Shown here in pieces: positions 48,831 through 58,840 of a stretch of DNA of 64,000 bases (position 1 is its first letter; every line of letters begins with the position of its first letter). Origin of the DNA: Opitutales bacterium (GTDB lineage Bacteria; Verrucomicrobiota; Verrucomicrobiia; Opitutales; PNEW01); the NCBI GenBank assembly GCA_965197745.1, contig CBDANS010000007.1:704001-768000 (forward strand), in the 5' to 3' direction. Position numbers and translations under genes: made by a program. The notes beneath the pieces were generated by a model that was given only the letters and a program-made list of their open reading frames with translations, made no database searches and was not told where the DNA came from.

Positions 48831-50555
48831 TCACATACGCTCATTGCAGACAACTTCGATGATGGGCAAATCGCGGCCGGAGCGTACTCGCACCTCATAA
48901 ATAACTTCCTGGTACCCTTTTCGGCGTCCACGGACAATGTAATTTCCGGGTAAAAAGCTTTCGGTCTGTTGTCCCTTGAATTTACCGAGCATCTTATAAC
49001 CGGATACACTCACCCAGGTTTGGCCGTCGGAGGCAAAGACCAGTTGTGAGGGTCTGCTTTGATCTTTCAGGAGCTTTTGAAGTCCACGAGCTCTGTCATC
49101 GAGCGATAAGTAATCAGGTTTAAGAGCCATCGCCGCGTTAAAATCTCTAATCGCCTCTTGATACTCGCCACTGGCTGCTTTTTCCTCCGCGATCTCTAGA
49201 AAATTCTCAAAACGAAGAATCGCGCGAATAATCTTACCCGCCTGGACCAGACCTTCGGTCGCCTCGTCGTGGCCACTCTCTATATCGAGGACTTCCTGGT
49301 AGGCATCGCGCGCCTTGTACCAATCGTACTCATTTTCATAATAGCGCGCTCTGTCCAGAGCATCGTTTATAAGGTATTGGCGCTTTAACTCTTTTGTCTT
49401 GGCGATAGCATCTTTCGGGTCTGTGCGATCGGGGTAAACTTTATAAGCCGCCTCATAATGTTTGATAGCTTCATCCCAAGACTTATCTTCGACCGCGCTT
49501 TCCGCGTATTCTAATAATTGGTCGTATTTATTGTCCTTAATTGTTTTCGCGAGCCGGTATTTTCCCTGTTGCGCTTTAATCGACAACGGATCGATTTCAA
49601 ATGCCTCCTCGTAGGCAACAAGAGCCTCATCGAGATTCCCTTTTTTCTCCTGTATTTCGGCCTTACCGAGGAGCGGATACACCTGGTCGATGGTCTGAGC
49701 ACGAGTCAGGTTATTCGAGGCCAATTCGATGTCCGGTTGAAGCCTGAGAATATCTTCAAATAAAGTGATGGCTGTATCTTTGTCACCTGAGGACAGTGCT
49801 TTTTTCCCATTCAATTCCAATACCGACAATTTAGTGATAATCTTGTTTTCCATGGTTTTCATGGCACCAATACCGGCAGTAAAAGAATTTAATGCATCAT
49901 TGAATATCCCAGCCTCATAAGCGTTTCGTCCTTCCTCACCATATTTCACCGCTATTTCAAATTCGAAAGGGGCGAGCATGCGGATTTTTTCATTTTCTTC
50001 GATAAGAACGAGAAATTCATCGTAACGGGTAGTTGCCTGCTCCTTGAGCGCGATGAGCGCTTTAAATTCCTCGATCAGTACCTGGATACGGTCATATACT
50101 TCCATTGCCTGAGGATAAGAACCGGAATCGATATATTTATCAGCTAATTCAAAATCGTTTTCAATAACGAGAAGTTTGCGCAATAAGGTTTCATGTTCAT
50201 CGGTGAGCTTTTTTACAATCTCAAGCGCACTGTTGGCTTCAGCGCGGAATCGATCAACGCGTTCACGGCTGACGAACCGGTATTTCGTTCTTTCGGTGCC
50301 CAGGGGTGTACTATCCAAAGCTTCCTGGGTGGCTTTGGTATCGTCATCCTGTAATGTTTCTCGCAAACCGGGAATGGGGATGAATAAAATTATCGCTATG
50401 GCGATCAATAGACCCCCACCAATGAAGATGATGGTTTTTTTTGACTTTTTTTTCGGTTCTTTCTCCGGAGGAGAACCGTGAGTCTCTTCAGGGTTCCAAT
50501 GAACGATCTTGCGACGTTTTACCCTACCCATTTCCTGTTCACTATCGTCACTCAT
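48831..50555 (-). CDS. Membrane-anchored TPR protein with C-terminal PEGA-like beta domain
   Basis: Basic N-terminus and one TM, repeated A..Y..A..IDP helices, C-terminal LPGNYIVRGRRKGYQ. Confidence 0.75.
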   Translation of the reverse strand: MSDDSEQEMGRVKRRKIVHWNPEETHGSPPEKEPKKKSKKTIIFIGGGLLIAIAIILFIPIPGLRETLQDDDTKATQEALDSTPLGTERTKYRFVSRERVDRFRAEANSALEIVKKLTDEHETLLRKLLVIENDFELADKYIDSGSYPQAMEVYDRIQVLIEEFKALIALKEQATTRYDEFLVLIEENEKIRMLAPFEFEIAVKYGEEGRNAYEAGIFNDALNSFTAGIGAMKTMENKIITKLSVLELNGKKALSSGDKDTAITLFEDILRLQPDIELASNNLTRAQTIDQVYPLLGKAEIQEKKGNLDEALVAYEEAFEIDPLSIKAQQGKYRLAKTIKDNKYDQLLEYAESAVEDKSWDEAIKHYEAAYKVYPDRTDPKDAIAKTKELKRQYLINDALDRARYYENEYDWYKARDAYQEVLDIESGHDEATEGLVQAGKIIRAILRFENFLEIAEEKAASGEYQEAIRDFNAAMALKPDYLSLDDRARGLQKLLKDQSRPSQLVFASDGQTWVSVSGYKMLGKFKGQQTESFLPGNYIVRGRRKGYQEVIYEVRVRSGRDLPIIEVVCNERM

Positions 50556-50889
50556 CTCTCTATGTAATCAAATCCTCTTATTAGAAACCCGCTTACCTGA
50601 ATTATTTCAACCTAAATGTCTAATGATTATAATATTAAACAGTTTTTAGAAAACAAAGTCAAAAGGTCAATATGGGGAGAAGTGTAAATGCGACAATGTG
50701 AGAATGCGGATAGAGAGAATTCATAGGCGATCCACACTACCGATAGATTCCCCGAACCCCGACTCTTTCTAACGACTCACGCACAACTGAAACCCGACAC
50801 CTGAAACCCTATTCATTCTTCCCTGAACCCTGAACCCCGAATCTTTCGACCTTCGACCTTCGACTTTTGACGAAGGGGGACACTACGGT

Positions 50890-53800
50890 TTACCGTTGTC
50901 CACCTTCAAATCGTATCCTCGGATCGAGCCACATGAGGAGAAGATCGCTGACCAGTGTGCCAAATACTCCCAGCATGCTGAGAACCATCAGCATCGAACC
51001 GGCTAAATACATATCTTCGGTCATCAGGGCTTCCAGCATCATTGGGCCCACGGTGGGCAGGCTTAAGACCATCGCCACGATCGCTCCTCCCGATACGAGC
51101 TGCGGAAATAAAATACCTATTCCCGAGATAAAGGGGTTAAGCGCGATCCGTACCGGGTATTTCAAAAGCAGCTTAAACGGTCTTACGCCTTTGGCGATCG
51201 CGGTGACTACATAAGGTTTCTTCAATTCATCGAGTAAATTGCCGCGCATCACCCGGATCATGCTTGCGGTTCCCGTTACCCCCAGGACCACGACCGGCAT
51301 CCAGATATGTTGCATCAGGTCAACTACTTTTCCTCGGGTCCATTCTGGTTGAGTTGCGTACTCGGGTGAAAATAATCCCGTCATACTGATACCGAAATAA
51401 ACGCTGCTCCAGTACATGAGTAATAACGCGAGGAGAAAGCTGGGCACGCACATCCCGATAAACCCGAGAAGGGTGAAAAAGTAATCACCGATCGAATACT
51501 GGCGCACCGCGGAATAAATACCGATGGGTAGGGCGACGGCCCAGGTAAAGAGAACCGAGCCCAGCGAAATTAAAAATGTCAGGAGGATACGGTCGCCCAC
51601 CACTTCATTTACGGGCTTTCGGTTTTGCATGGAAAAACCCATGTGCCCCTGCAGGAGCCCCTGGTCCGCTGGATCAAATGAGAGGAACCAGGGTAAGCCT
51701 AGCCAGTGAATATACTGGTATATGATCGATTCATCGAGGGGAAAGAGCTCACGTAGTTGTTCGGCTTCGGTTATGGCCGTTTGATCGTTCGTTAATTCGG
51801 CTTGTAGTATTTTCAAATCTACAAAATTACCCGGAGGCAATTGGATAATGGTGAAGGCGATGACCGATATGACGAGCAGGGTGGGCACCATGATGAGAAA
51901 ACGCCTCCCGACATAAGGATGCTTTACTCCGACAAGAACCAGTCCGACGACGATACAACCGTAACATAATAGACGGATTAACCGGCTGAGGATTTCACCA
52001 CTACTGAGGTCAGCATGTAATCGGTCAGTTGAATAGGGCGATGGCGCGATATCAACCACCTCTCGCTTGATCTGCGCTATTGCGCCGGGGGAATCCTTCG
52101 GGTTTTCAAAAAAGAAGGTTTCGAATCCGCTGCTGGAAGGGCTCTTATAGAGTGAGGCATAGATGGCTTTACGCGGCACGTTTCTAAAATCTTTCTTAAC
52201 GATCAACACGCTGGGAGGTGATGTCGCAATATTGATATTCCAAAGATTTTCCGCCGCAATATTTTGGATTTTATTATAAATTTTTACCTGCTCCTCAAAT
52301 GTGAGCGCGCTGTAAGCGGCATCAAGCAATTCCATGGATCTTCTCAGGGGGTGACCGATCGGAGGCTCAATGCGACCGGGTTTTTTCGACTCGGGGTCGC
52401 CGTAAAGACCGCCATTTTGGTACCAGAGCGCGTAGCCTGAAGCTTCAATGCTTCCCGGAGAAAAACGATCAATTGAAACTAATGGATGATACTCACCCTC
52501 AACACCCCAGATGTGAAAATCCAATTTGCGGGCGGGCCGTTCTGCATTGAGAAGATTCATGGACCGTACTCTTTCAATGGTATTTAGACCGACCTTTTTC
52601 CAGTCTTCTGCGACAAAAGAGGAGGGGCCTTCGCTGAAATTGGGAACCATGTTTAAATACCATGCCATGCGGGTGCCGTCTTTAAAGGTGCGGAAGCCCT
52701 CGGAATCACGCCCGGTGAGTCCAATTTCATCGAATAGTTGATTGGCGCGTTCGGGGTTGTACTCGATATAACTTTTTTTAAACTTCTCATTGTAAAAGGG
52801 AGATTCTATCCCCGGTGAATTCTGTGACGGTTCTCCATATCCATGGTAAACCGCATCGATGATTTGCTGGCGATTAATGGCGAGGGAGAGAGCTTGACGA
52901 AAACGCTTGTCGTTGAGCAATTCCCATTTATTACGGGTCTTCGGATCATTGGGATCCACGTAGCGATTGAGATTGGGGTATAATGTCCAGTCGGAACAGC
53001 CCGAAGCATACCAGTGGTAGACGTCATAGTTCCCGGCATCACGCTGTGACATAAACAGAGTATAATGAAAATAGTAGATATTAAACCCCTGCATCGTAAT
53101 GGCCCCATTGGCGGCGGCAATGGGGACCAGTCTTTCCGTTTTTACGTCCATCATGAAACGGTCGACATAGGGCAACTGATTTCCCCGGGTGTCGACGGCC
53201 CAGTAATAGGGGTTGCGCACATAAGCCTGGGGAGGATTGGCTTTGTAAGTTCGGTAGATCCAGGGCCAGATGCGGGGGTGCTCCGGGTTGTTGACCAGCT
53301 TTAAGGTAATATAAAGAGCATCTCTTTTGGTTATTTTATTTACCCTCATCATGGCTTCGATGAGATCGCTGTTTCCAAGTATGGGATGATAGGACTCCAG
53401 GTAGTGGCGAGGTGAGAAAAATTCAACGGTCGGAGCCAGGCGCTCAAGCAGCAATGAGTGAGAGACCGGAAAAATAAATTTCACGGTGTGAGAATCTACC
53501 ATGATGATCTCTCCCTTTTTACCCCCCACTTTCATAAAAGCGGGAAACCCGATGATCTCGTCTTTTACTTCGTGCTCCCACCAGTAGAGAATATCACCTG
53601 CGGTGAAAGGATGCCCATCGGACCACTTCATTCCCTTTCGAATGTAAAATGTCCACTCCTTTTTATCGGGAGTGACGTCCCAGCGCTTCGCTATATGAGG
53701 TACAATGGGATACCCCATTGGTGACCACCGCACCAGGCAGGATCCGGACATCCAGGAGTCAATCGCCGTCAGGGTTTGTGGGCTGTTTGTCACCATGTTC

Positions 53801-54174
53801 CAAGTGCCCCCGTAATTTCCGATACCGTCAACCCCCTCGATTACCACTGGTTCAGGTCCCACCCGTTCCGCGACGGGGGGCAGTTTTCTCTCTTTAACCA
53901 GATCCGCTAGAATCGGTGACTCATTTTTCGGGTACCATGCGGCGGACGGGCCCTCCGAGTAATCGACATCCCGCTGCACCGCGAATTGATCCTCTTCACT
54001 GAAAGTAAAATCCCAGAGCTTTTCCTGTTCCTGCAGCTTTTCCAGAGGGTAAACTATCGGCTCCACCTCCAGCTCCGGCTTAGTCACCCCCCCTCCGAAA
54101 TAATAAAGACAGAAAATGAAAAAGCCCGTTATGAATAAAAAAGTAAATTTTGGTAAAATCACTTTTTTATTCAT
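50890..54174 (-). CDS. Fused ABC transporter: family-5 substrate-binding domain plus OppB/DppB permease, copy 1
   Basis: LPPVAERV, GMKWSDGHPFTA, RNPYYW..D..GNQLPY, FRQALSLAINR; then IIQLPPG, the EAA loop YVVTAIAKG, and DPRIR. Confidence 0.92.
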   Translation of the reverse strand: MNKKVILPKFTFLFITGFFIFCLYYFGGGVTKPELEVEPIVYPLEKLQEQEKLWDFTFSEEDQFAVQRDVDYSEGPSAAWYPKNESPILADLVKERKLPPVAERVGPEPVVIEGVDGIGNYGGTWNMVTNSPQTLTAIDSWMSGSCLVRWSPMGYPIVPHIAKRWDVTPDKKEWTFYIRKGMKWSDGHPFTAGDILYWWEHEVKDEIIGFPAFMKVGGKKGEIIMVDSHTVKFIFPVSHSLLLERLAPTVEFFSPRHYLESYHPILGNSDLIEAMMRVNKITKRDALYITLKLVNNPEHPRIWPWIYRTYKANPPQAYVRNPYYWAVDTRGNQLPYVDRFMMDVKTERLVPIAAANGAITMQGFNIYYFHYTLFMSQRDAGNYDVYHWYASGCSDWTLYPNLNRYVDPNDPKTRNKWELLNDKRFRQALSLAINRQQIIDAVYHGYGEPSQNSPGIESPFYNEKFKKSYIEYNPERANQLFDEIGLTGRDSEGFRTFKDGTRMAWYLNMVPNFSEGPSSFVAEDWKKVGLNTIERVRSMNLLNAERPARKLDFHIWGVEGEYHPLVSIDRFSPGSIEASGYALWYQNGGLYGDPESKKPGRIEPPIGHPLRRSMELLDAAYSALTFEEQVKIYNKIQNIAAENLWNINIATSPPSVLIVKKDFRNVPRKAIYASLYKSPSSSGFETFFFENPKDSPGAIAQIKREVVDIAPSPYSTDRLHADLSSGEILSRLIRLLCYGCIVVGLVLVGVKHPYVGRRFLIMVPTLLVISVIAFTIIQLPPGNFVDLKILQAELTNDQTAITEAEQLRELFPLDESIIYQYIHWLGLPWFLSFDPADQGLLQGHMGFSMQNRKPVNEVVGDRILLTFLISLGSVLFTWAVALPIGIYSAVRQYSIGDYFFTLLGFIGMCVPSFLLALLLMYWSSVYFGISMTGLFSPEYATQPEWTRGKVVDLMQHIWMPVVVLGVTGTASMIRVMRGNLLDELKKPYVVTAIAKGVRPFKLLLKYPVRIALNPFISGIGILFPQLVSGGAIVAMVLSLPTVGPMMLEALMTEDMYLAGSMLMVLSMLGVFGTLVSDLLLMWLDPRIRFEGGQR

Positions 54175-54533
54175 GACGGGCGTCGAAAAGCGAAGCGAAC
54201 TCCGCCGTTTTAGGTGTTAAGTGTTAGGTTTAAGGCTATTCAGTCGTATCTTTAAAAGTTAATCATAATAAGCCAGTTCACCAAATTATACCATATATGT
54301 TTTATTGAATTTCCTTACCTAAAACCTAACACCTAAAACTTAACACAGAAAATCCTTGGATTTTCTCCCCCTTCCCTGTCTTCCTGTAAAAATTAATTTA
54401 TCTTTTATGTGTTTCTTGCCTGCCGGCCATAGTCCCGCAACTGCGGGACGGCGACCGGTGACTTTGGAAAATCTCACTTGGCTCGGTAGTGGCTATCCTC
54501 TTCTTCTTAGACCTTCGACTTTCGACTCGCGGT

Positions 54534-57500
54534 TCACCGAACGCCCCCTTCAAAACGTATCCTTGGATCGAGCCACATGAGAAGAAGATCACTGACCAGG
54601 GTGCCAAACACTCCAAGCATACTGAGGACCATCAGCATGGAACCCGCTAAATACATATCTTCGGTCATCAGGGCTTCCAGCATCATCGGGCCTACGGTGG
54701 GCAGGCTTAAGACCATCGCCACGATCGCTCCACCCGATACGAGCTGCGGGAATAACATGCCTATTCCCGAGATAAAGGGGTTGAGCGCGATACGCACAGG
54801 GTACTTTAAAAGTAGTTTAAACGGCCTTACGCCTTTGGCTATCGCCGTGACGACATAAGGCTTCTTCAATTCATCGAGTAAATTGCCGCGCATCACCCGG
54901 ATCATACTTGCCGTTCCCGTCACTCCCAGGACCACGACCGGCATCCAGATATGTTGCATCAGGTCAACCACCTTGCCCCGGGTCCATTCCGGTTGGGTCG
55001 CGTACTCGGGTGAAAATAATCCCGACATGGTGATACCGAAATAAACACTGCTCCAGTACATGAGTAATAACGCGAGGAGGAAGCTGGGCACACACATCCC
55101 GATAAAGCCGAGAAGGGTAAAAAAGTAATCACCGATCGAATACTGGCGCACCGCGGAATAAATACCGATGGGCAGAGCCACGGCCCAGGTAAACAGAACG
55201 GAGCCCAGTGAAATCAAAAAAGTCAGCAGGATGCGGTCGCCCACCACTTCATTTACGGGCTTTCGGTTTTGCATGGAAAAACCCATGTGCCCCTGGAGCA
55301 GTCCCTGATCTGCAGACTGAAATGAGAGAAACCAGGGCAGACCTAACCAGTGGGTGTACTGGGTGATGATCGGTTGATCGATGGGAAAGATTTCACGCAG
55401 TTGTTGGGCTTCTGTTATCGCCTTTTGATCGTTTGTTAATTCTGCCTGTAATATTTTCGAGTCTATGTAGTTTCCCGGGGGCAGTTGGATGATCGTAAAC
55501 GCGATAACGGAAATTACGAACAGGGTGGGCACCATAATGAGAAAACGCCTTCCAATATAAGGATGCTTCACGCCGACAAGAACTAATCCGACGACTGCTA
55601 TACCATAGCAGAAAAAGCGGATTAACCGGCCGAGGATTTCACCACTGTCACTTACGTGAAATATTCTTTCAGTCGAGTAGGGTGATGGCGCAATTTCCGT
55701 CACCTCTCGTTTGATTTGCGCGACGGCGCCGGGGGAATCCTTTGGGTTTTCAAAGTAGAAAGTTTCAAATCCACTGCTGGAAGGACTCTTATAAAGAGAA
55801 CCGTAGATGGCTTTGCGCGGAACATTTCTAAAATTTTTCTTAACAATCAGTACACTTGGTGGAGGGGTTGAAATATTGATATTCCATAGGTTTTCCGCCG
55901 CGATATCCTGAATTTCACTGTAAATCCTTACCTGTTCCTCGAAAGTAAGCGCGCTATAAGCGTCATCGAGCAATTCCATGGATCGCCTCAGGGGGTGATC
56001 GGGTGAGGGTTCCGTGCGACCGGGTTTTTTCGACTCCGGGTCGCCGTATAGACCGCCATCTTGGTACCAGAGAAAATAACCTGCAGCCTCAATGTGTCCC
56101 GGTGAAAAACGGTTTAATGAAACTAATGGGTGATACTCACCTGCAACTCCCCAGATATTGAAATCCAATTTGCGGGCCGGCTGTTCCGCGATGTGAAGGT
56201 TATAGGACCGCACCTTTTCAATCGAATTGATGCCGACCTTTTTCCAGTCATTTGCGACAAAAGAGGAGGGGCCTTCGCTGAAATTTGGAATCATACTTAA
56301 ATACCATGTCATGCGTGTGCCGTCTTTAAAGGTACGGAAACCCTCGGAGTCACGTCCGGTGAGCCCGATTTCGTCAAGCATTTGGTTGGCGCGTTCGGGA
56401 TCATATTCGATATAGCTGTTTTTAAGCTTCTCATGGTAAAAGGGAGATTCCCTTCCCGGTGAATTCTGTGCAGGTTCTCCATATCCGTGGTAAACCGCAT
56501 CAATAATCTGCTGGCGATTGATGGCAAGGGAGAGGGCTTGCCGAAATCGTTTATTGTTAAGCAATTCCCATTTCTTACGGGTACTTGGATCATTGGGATC
56601 TATATAGCGATCGAGATTGGGATATATTGCCCAATCGGAAGAGCCAGATTTATACCAGTGGTAGACATCGTAATTTCCAATATCACGATGTGACATAAAC
56701 AAAGTGTAATGAAAATAGTAGATATTAAAGCCCTGCATCGTTATCGAGCCATTCGATGCAGCGATAGGTACCAACTTTTCTGTTTTCACATCGACCGTAA
56801 AACGGTCGACATAGGGTAACTGGTTTCCCAGGGAGTCAACGGCCCAGTAATAGGGATTGCGCACGTAGTTCTGAGGGGGATTGGGTCTGTAGGAGCGGTA
56901 TATCCAGGGCCAGATGCGTGGATGTTCCGGGTTGTTGCTCAACTTTAAGGTAATGTATAGAGCGTCTCTCTGGGTGATTTTATTTACCCGCATCATCCCC
57001 TCGATGAGGTCACTGTCCCCTAGGGTGGGGTGATAGGGCTCCAGGTAGTGGCGGGGTGAAAAAAATTCAATGGTCGGAGCTATGCGTTCCAGCAATAACG
57101 AGTGAGAGTAGGGAAAAATTAATTTCACGGTGTGAGAATCTATTTTAATGATGTCACCCTTCTTACCTTTTAATTTCATCCATGCCGGGAATCCAATAAT
57201 CTCGTCTTTCACCTCGTGCTCCCACCAGTAGAGAATATCATCCGCGGTGAAGGGATGGCCATCGGACCATTTCATGCCCTTGCGCAGGTAAAACGTCCAC
57301 TCTCTCTTGTCAGGAGTAGCTTCCCAGCTTTTGGCTACATGAGGGACAATGGGATACCCCATCGGTGACCAGCGAACCATGCAGGACCCGGCCATCCAGG
57401 CTTCAATATGATCCAGCGTAGCGGGGCTGTTCGTTACAATATTCCAGGTCCCCCCGTAATTGCCGATGCCATCGACCCCCTCGATGACCACCGGTTCGGG

Positions 57501-57818
57501 ACCCACCCTTTCTGCTACGGGCGGGAGCTTTCCTTCCTCGACAAGCTCCGCTAGAATCGGGGATTCCCTCTTAGGATACCATGCTCCAGACACTCCCTCC
57601 GAGTAATCGACATCCCGTTGAACCGCGAACTGGTCCTCTTCGCTGAATTTATAATCCCAGAGCGCTTCATGTTCCCGCATTTTTTCCGGGGGGTAAACAA
57701 TCGGTTCCACTTCCAGTTCCGGCTTAGTCACACCTCCTCCGAAATAATAAAGACAGAAAATGAAAAAGCCCGTTATGAATAAAATAAGAAATTTTTGGAA
57801 AATTACTTTTTTATTCAT
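54534..57818 (-). CDS. Fused ABC transporter: family-5 substrate-binding domain plus OppB/DppB permease, copy 2
   Basis: Same 1094 aa architecture, colinear with copy 1 at offset 3644. Confidence 0.92.
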   Translation of the reverse strand: MNKKVIFQKFLILFITGFFIFCLYYFGGGVTKPELEVEPIVYPPEKMREHEALWDYKFSEEDQFAVQRDVDYSEGVSGAWYPKRESPILAELVEEGKLPPVAERVGPEPVVIEGVDGIGNYGGTWNIVTNSPATLDHIEAWMAGSCMVRWSPMGYPIVPHVAKSWEATPDKREWTFYLRKGMKWSDGHPFTADDILYWWEHEVKDEIIGFPAWMKLKGKKGDIIKIDSHTVKLIFPYSHSLLLERIAPTIEFFSPRHYLEPYHPTLGDSDLIEGMMRVNKITQRDALYITLKLSNNPEHPRIWPWIYRSYRPNPPQNYVRNPYYWAVDSLGNQLPYVDRFTVDVKTEKLVPIAASNGSITMQGFNIYYFHYTLFMSHRDIGNYDVYHWYKSGSSDWAIYPNLDRYIDPNDPSTRKKWELLNNKRFRQALSLAINRQQIIDAVYHGYGEPAQNSPGRESPFYHEKLKNSYIEYDPERANQMLDEIGLTGRDSEGFRTFKDGTRMTWYLSMIPNFSEGPSSFVANDWKKVGINSIEKVRSYNLHIAEQPARKLDFNIWGVAGEYHPLVSLNRFSPGHIEAAGYFLWYQDGGLYGDPESKKPGRTEPSPDHPLRRSMELLDDAYSALTFEEQVRIYSEIQDIAAENLWNINISTPPPSVLIVKKNFRNVPRKAIYGSLYKSPSSSGFETFYFENPKDSPGAVAQIKREVTEIAPSPYSTERIFHVSDSGEILGRLIRFFCYGIAVVGLVLVGVKHPYIGRRFLIMVPTLFVISVIAFTIIQLPPGNYIDSKILQAELTNDQKAITEAQQLREIFPIDQPIITQYTHWLGLPWFLSFQSADQGLLQGHMGFSMQNRKPVNEVVGDRILLTFLISLGSVLFTWAVALPIGIYSAVRQYSIGDYFFTLLGFIGMCVPSFLLALLLMYWSSVYFGITMSGLFSPEYATQPEWTRGKVVDLMQHIWMPVVVLGVTGTASMIRVMRGNLLDELKKPYVVTAIAKGVRPFKLLLKYPVRIALNPFISGIGMLFPQLVSGGAIVAMVLSLPTVGPMMLEALMTEDMYLAGSMLMVLSMLGVFGTLVSDLLLMWLDPRIRFEGGVR

Positions 57819-58328
57819 AATGGGTTTTTAAGCTAAAATCCTGGGTAAATGAGTAACAATGAATTATAGCCACAAAATACACAAAAAAGAGAGAAAGATT
57901 TTACAGGAAGGCCGGGAAGAACGGGAAGTATAATAAGTTGGAGCGTTATATATGCCTACTACAGAACCGCTGCTACGGATCGGCTGATCACTGATAACGC
58001 GTATTAAAAATAAATTTTTAAACACGTTATTGGTAATAGCCATAGCTCAGATACACCCTGAGTAATAGTACGTATACATAACGCCCCAAAAGATCTTATA
58101 CTATATAAAAAAATCCGTGTAAATCCGTGGTTAAATATATTGTGAATTTGAAAAATAACCTCTGAATCTCTATTTGTGTGCTTTATGTGGCTATCCTCTT
58201 CTCCTTAGACTTTCGACATTAGACCTTCGACTCCCCAATTCAGATTAACTTAATATTGCATTCATGCGAATTAATACTTATTTAAATGATTTTAATTCTA
58301 AATATAATTAAAGCAAAGAAGGAGAACT

Positions 58329-58526
58329 ATGAAGGGATGTCTTGAAAAATTAGGTAAAATAGGGGGTTATGTTGGAGCAATCATTTGTATAGCAGCAGTC
58401 ATTGGACGTTTTTATGGCCATCCAACATTTTTGACTTTCAATGCCACACACGTATTTATCGGTGGCGTCGGAATTATCGCATTTGCCTGCTGGGCAAAAC
58501 TCGAAGCCGGTTCAGCAAAAGAATAG
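58329..58526 (+). CDS. Small two-TM membrane protein
   Basis: AAGGAG ribosome binding site upstream of ATG; two hydrophobic segments in 65 aa. Confidence 0.7.
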   Translation: MKGCLEKLGKIGGYVGAIICIAAVIGRFYGHPTFLTFNATHVFIGGVGIIAFACWAKLEAGSAKE

Positions 58527-58840
58527 AAAGAAAATCATTAGATTTTCTGTGTTAAGTTTTAGGTGTTAGCTGCCGTCGTATAAACTAGGGCGTACCAGGG
58601 ATTTTAAGTAGAGTTTGAATCAATCTCTCTCTTTCTATTTATAGCTTTGTCACCTAAACACGTGGCAAGCCATCTTTTCGGCGACGATTGGTGCCTTTGA
58701 AAGATCACGCTTCGCTCTGGTAGTAGCCTACCTCTTCTTTTTCTCCCCGCTTGCCACGCCATAGCCCTTAGCGACGGCAGGGCCTTCGACTCTTAACTTA
58801 AAACCTAACACCTAAAACTTAACACATCCCTATTTAGACG

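Noticed and set aside
6553..58840. CRISPR array or integron attC interpretation of the intergenic repeats
   Set aside because: Repeats are dispersed, in both orientations, with no regular unique spacers. No cas or integrase gene is present, and the flanking genes are housekeeping.
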